From Anaerolineae bacterium (GTDB taxonomy: Bacteria; Chloroflexota; Anaerolineae; S140-20), in assembly GCA_027021705.1 (NCBI GenBank), contig JALUTT010000092.1, forward strand, positions 32,001 through 96,000: a stretch of 64,000 nucleotides of DNA. Direction: 5' to 3'. A program made the translations under genes and the position numbers. Position 1 is the stretch's first letter, and each line of letters opens with the position of its first letter. Positions 8,469 to 17,399 of this stretch are shown here, piece by piece. The notes under the pieces are model-generated. The model was not told the origin of the DNA and made no database searches. It worked only from the letters and a program-made list of their open reading frames with translations.

Positions 8469-10412
8469 ATGGCTGAGCAAGAATCTCTCTCCTGGCTGGC
8501 TGGCAACCAAATCTACACCCACCGGCGGGCTGAAGGTATCAGCGGGATGGAGATCCTGGCCCTACCCGAAGGGCTGCGCCTGCTGGTCAACGAAGTGCTG
8601 CGACAGGAGCCGGCCCAGGCCGACGAACTGGCCCAGGCCCTGGGGCGGGACCGGGAGACGGTGGAACAGGAGTTGGCCCTGCTGGTCGCCCAGGGCTGGC
8701 TGGAACGGCTCTCCACCCCCGATGGCCCCCGCTACCAGGTCCGGCTGGGTCGCCGTCGCCGCCGCAGCCTACCGCCTGGAATCTGGCAGACGCTGGAAGG
8801 GGTCTGGCGGATGCCCCTCTTCCGCGCCTTCAGCGAAACGGAGTTGGCCGACTTCACCGACGCCTTTCGACAACAATCTCTTCAGGCCGGCGAAGTGCTC
8901 TTTGAGGAAGGGACCTGGGGGGACACGCTCTACCTGGTGGACAGCGGCGAGATCGAGCTGATGACCACGGACATTGAAGGCCGTCCCGTCGTCCTGCGCC
9001 GCTTGCGGGCCGGCGATGTGGTGGGCGAGGCCGCCGTCCTGATCGGCGAACGCTACGCCTTCACCGCCCGGGCCGTCGAGCCCAGCCAGGTCTGGACCCT
9101 GCGCCGGGCAGACCTGGCCCGCCTACTGGCTCAGGACCCTTCTACCGCGCTCCTCTTGGAGCGGGAGCTGAGCGGCCGAGGAGGGGCCACGCCCGCCGAC
9201 AGCCCCCCCGCCCTCAATCCGGTCCTCTTCGTCGGACCAGGCATCGTCGAATTCCTCCAGGTGGTGACCCACTACACTCGCTGCCCCATCACGTTGCTGG
9301 ATCTGCGGCGGGTCTCCCCTACCATCGCCAACCTGCTGGGAAAGCAGGTGGCCTACCGGCCAGCCTGGCGGATGGACGGCAGGAGCCTCTCCCGGGCAAT
9401 CCGGGAGGCTCTGGAAGCCGGCCGTTGGACCTTTGTGGCAGTGCCTCCCACCGATCAACCCTCCTCAGCGCTGATGGGGGTGATCAGCCTGATGGAACTG
9501 ATGATTGATCTCAGCGGCAAGGATCTGCCTTGGATCATCGCTGCCGCTCGTCGCCGCTGGGTCATCCCCGCCGGACCCCGGGTCAACTTGGACCGATTGG
9601 CCCGCCAACTGACGGGACGGACCGTGGGGCTGGTCTTCTCGGGGGGGCTGGCCCGTGCCCTGGCCCACATTGGCGTCCTGCGGGCTCTGCTCCGGGCCAA
9701 GGTCCCGGTGGATGGGGTGACCGGCACCGGGCTGGGGGCAGTCATCGCAGCCCTCTACGCCGCCGATTTCTCCCCCGATGAGATCGCCCAGCGGGTTCAA
9801 CGCGCTCCTCAGGAGCTTAGCCCCTTCGACGGCGGGCGGAACCTGCGCCTGGCCAACCGGGCTGGCCTCTACACCGGCCGGCGGGCTCGCATCGCTCTGC
9901 AGCGCTGGCTGGACGGCCGCTCCTTTGAGGACCTGGTGATCCCCTTTTGCCTGCCGGCCACCGATCTGCGGCGCGGTCAGACCCTTGTCCTGGAGGAAGG
10001 CCCCCTGGCCCAGGCCCTGGAGGTCGCGCTGGCCCTCCCCGGCCTGGTCGTGCCGGTGGAGCGGGACGGGGCGTGGCTGGTGGATGGGTGGCTGCACAAC
10101 CCGCTGCCTGCCCACCTTCTCCGTCAACAGGGCATCGGCCTGATCATCGGCATCAACACCCTCCCAGGACCGCCCTCGGAGCCCCGGGAGACCTCGCTCG
10201 ACCTGACCCGCACCTGGCTGGAGATTCAGACCCGGCTGGCCCACGCCGCGATGCTCCGCCACCTCTCCGACCTGGACTTCCTCATCACGGTCCCCCTGGA
10301 CAACGTGGCCGAGACCGACTTCGACCGGGCAGAGGAGATCATCGTCCGGGGGGAGGAGGCAGCGGAGCGACAAATGGACATCCTGCGTGATCTGCTGCGG
10401 CTGGAGTGGTAG
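8469..10412 (+). CDS. winged-HTH + cNMP-binding + degenerate patatin fusion protein
   Basis: N-terminal wHTH-like segment (ADELAQALGRDRETVEQELALLVAQGWLER); cNMP domain (AGEVLFEEG, LYLVDSGEIEL, GDVVGE); patatin-like GLVFSGGLARALAHIGVL, GTGLG and LVDGW. Confidence 0.8.
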   Translation: MAEQESLSWLAGNQIYTHRRAEGISGMEILALPEGLRLLVNEVLRQEPAQADELAQALGRDRETVEQELALLVAQGWLERLSTPDGPRYQVRLGRRRRRSLPPGIWQTLEGVWRMPLFRAFSETELADFTDAFRQQSLQAGEVLFEEGTWGDTLYLVDSGEIELMTTDIEGRPVVLRRLRAGDVVGEAAVLIGERYAFTARAVEPSQVWTLRRADLARLLAQDPSTALLLERELSGRGGATPADSPPALNPVLFVGPGIVEFLQVVTHYTRCPITLLDLRRVSPTIANLLGKQVAYRPAWRMDGRSLSRAIREALEAGRWTFVAVPPTDQPSSALMGVISLMELMIDLSGKDLPWIIAAARRRWVIPAGPRVNLDRLARQLTGRTVGLVFSGGLARALAHIGVLRALLRAKVPVDGVTGTGLGAVIAALYAADFSPDEIAQRVQRAPQELSPFDGGRNLRLANRAGLYTGRRARIALQRWLDGRSFEDLVIPFCLPATDLRRGQTLVLEEGPLAQALEVALALPGLVVPVERDGAWLVDGWLHNPLPAHLLRQQGIGLIIGINTLPGPPSEPRETSLDLTRTWLEIQTRLAHAAMLRHLSDLDFLITVPLDNVAETDFDRAEEIIVRGEEAAERQMDILRDLLRLEW

Positions 10413-10462
10413 CGGATTGCGGATTGCAAATGGCGAATTGCCCATTGTGGATTGCAGGTTGC
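10412..10462. repeat. heptamer tandem repeat (GCGGATT family)
   Basis: gcggatt gcggatt gcaaatg gcgaatt gcccatt gtggatt gcaggtt, overlapping and following the stop codon. Confidence 0.85.
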
Positions 10463-10475
10463 GTTGGAGGAGGCG

Positions 10476-10862
10476 ATGTCCAAGAAGATCCTGATCGTGG
10501 ATGACGAAATCTACATCCGGGTGCTGCTGGAGCAGACGCTGGAGGACTTCGAGGACGCCGGCGTTGAACTGCTGGCCGTGGGCGATGGCCTAGAGGCGTG
10601 GGAGGTCGCCCGAACCGAGCGCCCCGACCTCATCATCCTAGACGTGATGATGCCCGGCCTCTCAGGCTATGAGGTCTGCCAGCGCATCAAGAGCGACCCC
10701 GATCTCTCCGACATCCACGTCATCATGCTCACCGCCAAGGGGCAAGAGATAGACCGGCTGCGCAGCATCGAGGTGGGCGCCGATGAGTACATCACCAAGC
10801 CCTTCGATCCCGACTACCTCATCGAGCGCACTGCCGACGTGCTGGGCGTCAGCATCGCGTAG
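10476..10862 (+). CDS. stand-alone receiver-domain response regulator
   Basis: KILIVDDE, DLIILDVMMP, IMLTAKG, EYITKPF; SD GGAGGAGG before the ATG at 10476. Confidence 0.92.
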   Translation: MSKKILIVDDEIYIRVLLEQTLEDFEDAGVELLAVGDGLEAWEVARTERPDLIILDVMMPGLSGYEVCQRIKSDPDLSDIHVIMLTAKGQEIDRLRSIEVGADEYITKPFDPDYLIERTADVLGVSIA

Positions 10863-10874
10863 AGGATCGTACCC

Positions 10875-13649
10875 ATGCAGGCTCCCCAGGAGGCCCTGCA
10901 ACAGGAACAACGCCTTTTCCAGGCCCTCCAGATCCTCTCAGCCCGCATCACCACTTTCCACGATCGGGACCCGCTGCTGGAGGCACTGGTACAGGGCGTG
11001 ACGGAGGTCTTGGGCTATTACAACGCCCGGGTCTTCCTGCTGGACGAAGGGCGGGAGGAGCTCTACCTGGTCGCCTCCGCTCGACCCCCCGCGCCATCGG
11101 TGGACACACCGCGCTTTCGGATCGGTCCTGAGGGGGCCATCGGGCGGGTGGCCAGTAGCGAGGCCCCCCTTCTGATCCCCGACGTGGCTCAGTGCGATTT
11201 CTCCACGCCCTCGGACCCGGCAATCCGCTCTGAGATGGCCGTCCCGATGTTCGTGGGCGGCCGGCTGGTGGGTGTCCTCGATGTTGAGAGCGATCGCCCT
11301 CACGCCTTTCAGGCCCAAGACCTGGCAGTGATGACGGCTCTGGCCAACCAGACCGCAGCCGCCCTCGAGGCTGCCCGCCTGCTGCAGGAGAGCCGGACCA
11401 CGACCATCGCTCTGGAGCAGCAGGCCCGCAACCTGATGCTCATCAACCGCATCTCCACGACCCTGGCCTCCTCGCTGGACGCCTACGAGATCCTCGACGT
11501 GAGCCTCCGGCACCTGGTAGAGCTGAGCGAGGCGGACTACGGAGGCGTCCTCATCGTGGAGCGGGGGCGGGAGCGGGGCCTGATCGCCGCCGAATACCCC
11601 TTCCGCCGCCTCACCGGCACCCGTCTCCCTCTGCCCCACCTCCCCTCGGCCCGACGAATGCTGGAGGCGGGGATCCCCTACGCCATCAAGGATGCCCTCC
11701 ACCATCCACTCCTGGACCCCCTGCGAGAGCAGATCGCCCCCCTGGACATCCGCTCGTTGCTCCTGGTCCCGATGGTAGCCCGGGACGAGATGATCGGCAT
11801 CTTGCTGCTGGCCTCCCTGGGGCGACGTCGGACCTTCAACGACGAGGAGATGGAACTCTGCCAGACGGTGGTCAACCAAGCGGCTGCCGCCATCGCCAAC
11901 GCCCGCCTCCTGCAGGACATTCAGCAGCAGAGCCGCGCCTTGGCCCGCAAGAGCCAGGAGCTGGCCGAGGAGTCGAGCAAGCTGGACGCCATCCTCAACA
12001 ACATCGCCGACGGCCTGGTGGTGACCGATCCCACAGGGCGCATCATCCTGAGCAATCCGGCCTTCCGTGAGATGGCCGGGCTACCCTCGGGCCGATCCTT
12101 GCGGGGGCGTCTGCTGGCGGAATCCTTCCCCGTGGCCGGCCTGCAGCCCCTCGCCGACCAAGCCCTGCACGCCCCTGGTCAGGTCTTCACCGAGAACCTG
12201 GAGCTGCCTGATGGTCGGGTCTTGAAGACCTCGGCCACCGCCCTCCGCCTCCCTCCGCCCGTCCTGGAGCCAGAGCAGGGCGAGCAGATCGCCGGCGTCG
12301 TCACCGTCCTGCGGGACATCACCCACGAGGTGGAAGTAGATCGGATGAAGACCGATTTTATCTCCGCCGTCTCCCACGAGCTGCGCACCCCGCTCACCTC
12401 GATCCTCGGCTTTGCCAGCCTGATCCAGCGGGAGTTTCGCCGCCGCATCGCCCCCCACGTAGCTGCCGACGACCGTGCCCGCCAAGTTGCCGACCGCATT
12501 CTAGACAACCTGACGATCATCGAGCGGGAAAGCCGGCGGCTCACCCGGCTCATCAACGACGTGCTGGACATCGCCAAGATGGAAGCAGGACGGGTGGAGT
12601 GGCACATGGCGGAGACCGACCTCTCCGGCGTCATCCAGAGCGCCGTGGCTGCCACCTCCGCCTTGGCCGAGGAGAAGAACTTGCCCATCCAGGTCTACCT
12701 ACCCCCGGAGGGGCTGCCTCCCGTCTGGGGGGACCGGGACCGACTCATTCAGGTGATGACCAACCTGCTCTCCAACGCCATCAAGTTCACCGAGCGGGGA
12801 CAGGTTGAGGTGCGCGGCTGGCGGCTGACCGTCGAAGGTGAGACCCTTCGGTGCGCCGGCCCCTTCCCGATCCCCTACGAGCCGGCCTCCGAGATCCAGG
12901 AGACCCTCACCGGCCTCCACTTCTCCGACGGCGAATGGGTGGTCGTGAGCGTTGTGGACACAGGCATCGGCATTCCCGACGAAGACCTGCCCCGCGTCTT
13001 CGAGAAGTTTACCCAGGTGGGGGATACGCTGACCGAGAAGCCCCGAGGGACGGGACTGGGGCTTTCCATCTGCCGAGAGATCATCGAGCACCACGGGGGA
13101 CGTATCTGGGCGCGAAGCCGGTTCGGCCTGGGCAGCACCTTCTCCTTCGCTCTCCCCTTGAAGGTCGCGCCGGCTTCCGGTCGGACACGACCAGCGGCCT
13201 GGTCTCCTGGCACCGTTGCCAAGCCCATCACTGCCCACTCCATCTCTGCCACCGCTCCCGCCCTTCCCAGCCGGGGACGGGGGCATACCATTCTGGTGGC
13301 CGACGACGAGGCCAACATCCGGCGTATGTTGCGCCAGGAGCTGAGTGAGGCGGGGTACCGGGTCATCGAGGCCGCCGACGGAGCCGAAGCGCTGGCCCAG
13401 GCCCGCCAGGAACAGCCTGACCTCATCGTCTTGGATGTGATGATGCCCGGCGTCTCCGGCTTCGATGTCACCAGCGCCCTCAAGGCCGACGAACGTACCC
13501 AGAAGATCCCCATCGTCATTCTCTCCATCGTCGAGGACCGGGAGCGGGGGCTGCGGCTGGGGGCCGACGCCTACCTGACCAAGCCGGTGGACACGGTTCG
13601 TCTGCTGAAAGTGGTGGAAACGTTAATTGCGACGAGGGGCTTGGAGTGA
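10875..13649 (+). CDS. soluble hybrid histidine kinase (GAF-GAF-PAS-HisKA-HATPase-REC)
   Basis: Two GAF domains; PAS (IADGLVVTD...NPAF); FISAVSHELRTPLTSI; NLLSNAIKFT; DTGIGI; GTGLGLSIC; C-terminal REC (DLIVLDVMMP, YLTKP). Confidence 0.93.
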   Translation: MQAPQEALQQEQRLFQALQILSARITTFHDRDPLLEALVQGVTEVLGYYNARVFLLDEGREELYLVASARPPAPSVDTPRFRIGPEGAIGRVASSEAPLLIPDVAQCDFSTPSDPAIRSEMAVPMFVGGRLVGVLDVESDRPHAFQAQDLAVMTALANQTAAALEAARLLQESRTTTIALEQQARNLMLINRISTTLASSLDAYEILDVSLRHLVELSEADYGGVLIVERGRERGLIAAEYPFRRLTGTRLPLPHLPSARRMLEAGIPYAIKDALHHPLLDPLREQIAPLDIRSLLLVPMVARDEMIGILLLASLGRRRTFNDEEMELCQTVVNQAAAAIANARLLQDIQQQSRALARKSQELAEESSKLDAILNNIADGLVVTDPTGRIILSNPAFREMAGLPSGRSLRGRLLAESFPVAGLQPLADQALHAPGQVFTENLELPDGRVLKTSATALRLPPPVLEPEQGEQIAGVVTVLRDITHEVEVDRMKTDFISAVSHELRTPLTSILGFASLIQREFRRRIAPHVAADDRARQVADRILDNLTIIERESRRLTRLINDVLDIAKMEAGRVEWHMAETDLSGVIQSAVAATSALAEEKNLPIQVYLPPEGLPPVWGDRDRLIQVMTNLLSNAIKFTERGQVEVRGWRLTVEGETLRCAGPFPIPYEPASEIQETLTGLHFSDGEWVVVSVVDTGIGIPDEDLPRVFEKFTQVGDTLTEKPRGTGLGLSICREIIEHHGGRIWARSRFGLGSTFSFALPLKVAPASGRTRPAAWSPGTVAKPITAHSISATAPALPSRGRGHTILVADDEANIRRMLRQELSEAGYRVIEAADGAEALAQARQEQPDLIVLDVMMPGVSGFDVTSALKADERTQKIPIVILSIVEDRERGLRLGADAYLTKPVDTVRLLKVVETLIATRGLE

Positions 13650-16600
13650 AGATGAGAGCGCTGCGGACCGGTTACTTGCGCTTCCTCGTCTTGGCGCTGG
13701 GCATGGCCATCCTGCTCTACGGCCTTGCCCTCTTCGCCCTGATCGTGCGGCTCCCCCACGATGGCTACAGCGTCCACTTCTCCCGGGAGGGAGTTGTCGT
13801 GGACCAGGCCAACCTGATCGGCCCGCTCCGGGTGGGTGACGTGATCACCAACATCGCCGATCACCCCGTGCACGCCGATCTGATGAAGCCGGGGGAGTGG
13901 TATCGGCGGCTCTTCGCGAAGGCGGAGCGCCTCCTTACGTACCAGGTGCGTCGAGATGCGGAGACGTTGCTGTTGACTGTGGACCTGGCCCGACCCATTT
14001 CGGGGGCCCTGCTGGCCCACGTCGGCGTGCTCTACGTGATCGGCCTCACTTTCGTCCTCAGTGGTTTGCTGGTCGCCTTCCACCGAGGAGGGGGGAAGGG
14101 GGATCGGGCCGGCCGCTTGATCGCGGTCACCTTTCTCCTGGAGGGGCTCAACCTCTTCACCAACACGACCAACGCTGCCGGTGCCAACCTGGCCGTTGCC
14201 TTCTTCTGGATCACTGTCCCGTTGGACGTGATCTCCTTTTGGCTGGTCCTCAGCTTCTTCCTCCACAGCTTTCTCGTCTTCCCCGAAGAGGTGAGTTGGA
14301 TCCGACGCCGCTCTTGGGTGGTGCCGACCATCCACCTGGTGAACCCCGTGGTCGCTGGCCTGGGGAGCTGGCTGCTGGGCGGAGGAGAGGTCCTGCCCAC
14401 CCGAGCCATTCTCTTCCGCCTCAGTTACCCCATCGGCGGGTTGATGCTCCTGATGGGAGTGGGGCGGCTCATCTACCTCTACCGGACCACCCATCGTCCT
14501 CTGGTGCGCACCCAGATCCGCTGGCTGGTCTGGGGGCTGGTGGTGGGAACGCTACCCTGGTTGCTCTTCTTCAACCTCCCGATCATCCTTAGTGGGGAGC
14601 CTCTCCTTCCCTTGGGGCTGACCCTGGTGCCCCTCATCGCCATTCCCATCACCTTCACCTTCGCCGTGACCCGCTACCGGCTGCTTTCCATTGATCGGCT
14701 CATCAACCGGAGCCTGGTCTACGGAGCGCTGAGCCTCGTCCTGGTCGTTTTCTACTTTGCCACCGTCGCCCTCTTCAGCCGGATGGTGCAGATCGCGGCC
14801 GCCGGGGTGGAGGACACGACCATCGTCTTCTTCTCCACCTTGCTGGTCGCGCTTCTCTTCCTGCCGGCCCGCCAGCGCATCCAGGCAGCCATTGACCGCA
14901 CCTTCTACCGGCACAAGATCACCTTCCAGCAGGTGCCGGCCCAAGTTGGCCGGGAGCTGAGCACTACCCTCGTCTTCGATCAACTGACCACCCTCCTGAC
15001 GGAACGTCTCCCCCGGCAACTGGAGATCGCTGGCGCGGTCCTCTACATCCTCGACGAAGAGGCCTCCCGGTTCACCCCTCACGGCTCCCTGACAGGGGAA
15101 CCAATCCCCGCCCAGGCTCCCTTCCTCACCCCGCTGCGAGGGGGGAACAAGCCCCTCGTCTGGACGGGCGAGGAAGGGAAGGATGGCCTGTGGACTGTCG
15201 CCCCATCGGTAGCCCTCTGGCTGCCCCTCGTAGGGCGGGGCGGGCTCATCGGCCTCTATGGGCTGGGGGTCAAGGAGTCGGGGGACCTCTACACCGATGA
15301 GGAGATCGAGTCTCTGCGCCTCCTGAGCCACCAGATCGCCATCGCTGTGGAGAACGCCCGCCTCTACCGCCAGGTGGAGGCTTACAGCAAAGGGTTGGAA
15401 GCCCAGGTCCAGGAGCGCACCCAGGCCCTGGAGGCGGCCAACCAGGCCCTCTGCCAGGAGAAGAGCAAGCTGGACGCGGTGATCCACAACATCGCCGACG
15501 GCCTGGTCGTAACCGATTCTGCCGGGCACATCCTCCTGACCAACCCTGTCTTCCAGCGGATGGTGGGCCAGCCAGCGACGTGGCTTCGGGGGCAGTCCTT
15601 GGCCGATCTCCCCTTTGACGAAGGGCTGGTCATGGTCGTCGCCCAGGCGCTGGAGGAGGTCGGTCAGGTCTTCACCACCGACGTTCAGGCAGCTAAGCGC
15701 ATCTATCGGGCCTCGGCCACCGCTCTCCAGACCGATGGACGGGCCACCGGCGTCGTCACCGTGCTGCGGGACGTCACCCACGAGGTGGAGGTGGACCGGA
15801 TGAAGACCGACTTCATCTCCACCGTTTCCCACGAGCTGCGCACCCCCCTCACCTCTGTCCTGGGATTCGCCCGCCTCATCCGCAAGGCTTTCGAGCGGGA
15901 GATCGTCCCGGTCCTGCCGGAGGTACGCCAGGTCCAGCGGGCCAAGAAACGGATCCTGGACAACCTGACCATCATCGAGAGCGAGAGCCAGCGGCTCACC
16001 CGCCTCATCAACGACGTGCTGGACATCGCCAAGATGGAAGCAGGGCGGATGGAGTGGCATATGGAGGAGACCGACCTGGGCGAGGTGATCCGACAGGCCA
16101 TCGCCGCCACCACTGCCCTGGCCGGCGAGAAAGGGCTGCCCATCCAGGTTGACCTTCCCGCGGAGGGGCTGCCCCCCATCTGGGGAGATCGAGACCGACT
16201 GATCCAGGTGATGACCAACCTGCTCTCCAACGCCATCAAGTTCACCGAGCGGGGCCGGATCGAGGTGCGCGGCGAGGTGATCCCGGCAGAGGCCGTGGCC
16301 ACCCTGCGATCAGGAGACGCTCCCCTGCCACCGGGGGAGTGGGTAGCGGTCCATGTGACCGACACCGGCGTGGGCATCCGGGCCGAGGACTTGCCCCACG
16401 TCTTCGAAAAGTTCCGCCAGGTGGGGAACGCGCTGACCAACCGCCCCCGGGGCACCGGGTTGGGGCTCTCCATTTGCAAGGAGATCGTTGAGCACCACGG
16501 AGGTCGGATCTGGGTCGAGAGCCAGGTAGGGGTGGGCAGTACTTTTTCCTTTGCACTGCCGCTGACCGGGACAGGGGCTGTGCCGGAATCCCCGGCCGAG

Positions 16601-17386
16601 CCCAAGCTGACCCCGCTGGTGGAGATCCGACGACGAGTCGAAGCTCAGCTTCCCCTGCCCCCATCGGGGACGAAGACGATCCTGGTGGCCGACGACGAGG
16701 CCAACATCCGCGAACTGCTCCGGCAGGAGTTGGCCGAGGCCGGCTACCGGGTCATCGAGGCCGCCGATGGGCCGGAGGCGCTGGAGAAGGCCCGTCGGGA
16801 GCGGCCCGACCTGATCATCCTGGACGTGATGATGCCCGGTGTCTCCGGCTTCGACGTCACCAGCGTGCTCAAAGCCGACGAGCAGACCCAGGAGATTCCC
16901 ATCCTCATCCTCTCCATCATCGAGGATCGGGAGCGGGGGCTGCGACTGGGAGCCGACGCCTACCTGACCAAGCCGGTCGAGGTGGATGCCCTGTTGACGA
17001 CCATCGCCCGCCTCCTGGCGAAGGACCAGGGTCCCATCCGGCGCAAGGTCCTGGTCATTGACCGAGACCAGTCGGCGGTGGAAGCCATCACCCGCACGCT
17101 GCGGGAACGCGGCTACGAGGTCGTCGAGGCTTACGACCCACGCGGGGCGATCCTGAAGGCCCGGCGGGAGAAACCGGACTTGGTCATCCTGGACGCGATG
17201 ATCTCCCAAATGAACGACTACGAAGTGCTCAAGGCGCTGCGTTATCAGGACCGAGAGGGACGGACCTGCATCATCGTCCTGGCGGGGGAGGTCTCGCCCC
17301 AGCAGGAGGCCGAAGCTCGGCGGCAGGGGGCCGATGACGTGGCGCGGCGGGAAGACCTGCCCGACCTGCTGGATGAAGGTCGGTAA
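13646..17386 (+). CDS. membrane hybrid histidine kinase (TM/PDZ-like, multi-TM, GAF-PAS-HisKA-HATPase-REC-REC)
   Basis: Many TM helices; GPLRVGDVITNI PDZ-like segment; GAF; PAS; FISTVSHELRTPLTS; two receiver domains. Start is either GTG 13646 or ATG 13652. Confidence 0.9.
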   Translation: MKMRALRTGYLRFLVLALGMAILLYGLALFALIVRLPHDGYSVHFSREGVVVDQANLIGPLRVGDVITNIADHPVHADLMKPGEWYRRLFAKAERLLTYQVRRDAETLLLTVDLARPISGALLAHVGVLYVIGLTFVLSGLLVAFHRGGGKGDRAGRLIAVTFLLEGLNLFTNTTNAAGANLAVAFFWITVPLDVISFWLVLSFFLHSFLVFPEEVSWIRRRSWVVPTIHLVNPVVAGLGSWLLGGGEVLPTRAILFRLSYPIGGLMLLMGVGRLIYLYRTTHRPLVRTQIRWLVWGLVVGTLPWLLFFNLPIILSGEPLLPLGLTLVPLIAIPITFTFAVTRYRLLSIDRLINRSLVYGALSLVLVVFYFATVALFSRMVQIAAAGVEDTTIVFFSTLLVALLFLPARQRIQAAIDRTFYRHKITFQQVPAQVGRELSTTLVFDQLTTLLTERLPRQLEIAGAVLYILDEEASRFTPHGSLTGEPIPAQAPFLTPLRGGNKPLVWTGEEGKDGLWTVAPSVALWLPLVGRGGLIGLYGLGVKESGDLYTDEEIESLRLLSHQIAIAVENARLYRQVEAYSKGLEAQVQERTQALEAANQALCQEKSKLDAVIHNIADGLVVTDSAGHILLTNPVFQRMVGQPATWLRGQSLADLPFDEGLVMVVAQALEEVGQVFTTDVQAAKRIYRASATALQTDGRATGVVTVLRDVTHEVEVDRMKTDFISTVSHELRTPLTSVLGFARLIRKAFEREIVPVLPEVRQVQRAKKRILDNLTIIESESQRLTRLINDVLDIAKMEAGRMEWHMEETDLGEVIRQAIAATTALAGEKGLPIQVDLPAEGLPPIWGDRDRLIQVMTNLLSNAIKFTERGRIEVRGEVIPAEAVATLRSGDAPLPPGEWVAVHVTDTGVGIRAEDLPHVFEKFRQVGNALTNRPRGTGLGLSICKEIVEHHGGRIWVESQVGVGSTFSFALPLTGTGAVPESPAEPKLTPLVEIRRRVEAQLPLPPSGTKTILVADDEANIRELLRQELAEAGYRVIEAADGPEALEKARRERPDLIILDVMMPGVSGFDVTSVLKADEQTQEIPILILSIIEDRERGLRLGADAYLTKPVEVDALLTTIARLLAKDQGPIRRKVLVIDRDQSAVEAITRTLRERGYEVVEAYDPRGAILKARREKPDLVILDAMISQMNDYEVLKALRYQDREGRTCIIVLAGEVSPQQEAEARRQGADDVARREDLPDLLDEGR

Positions 17387-17399
17387 AGGGTGAGGTAAG

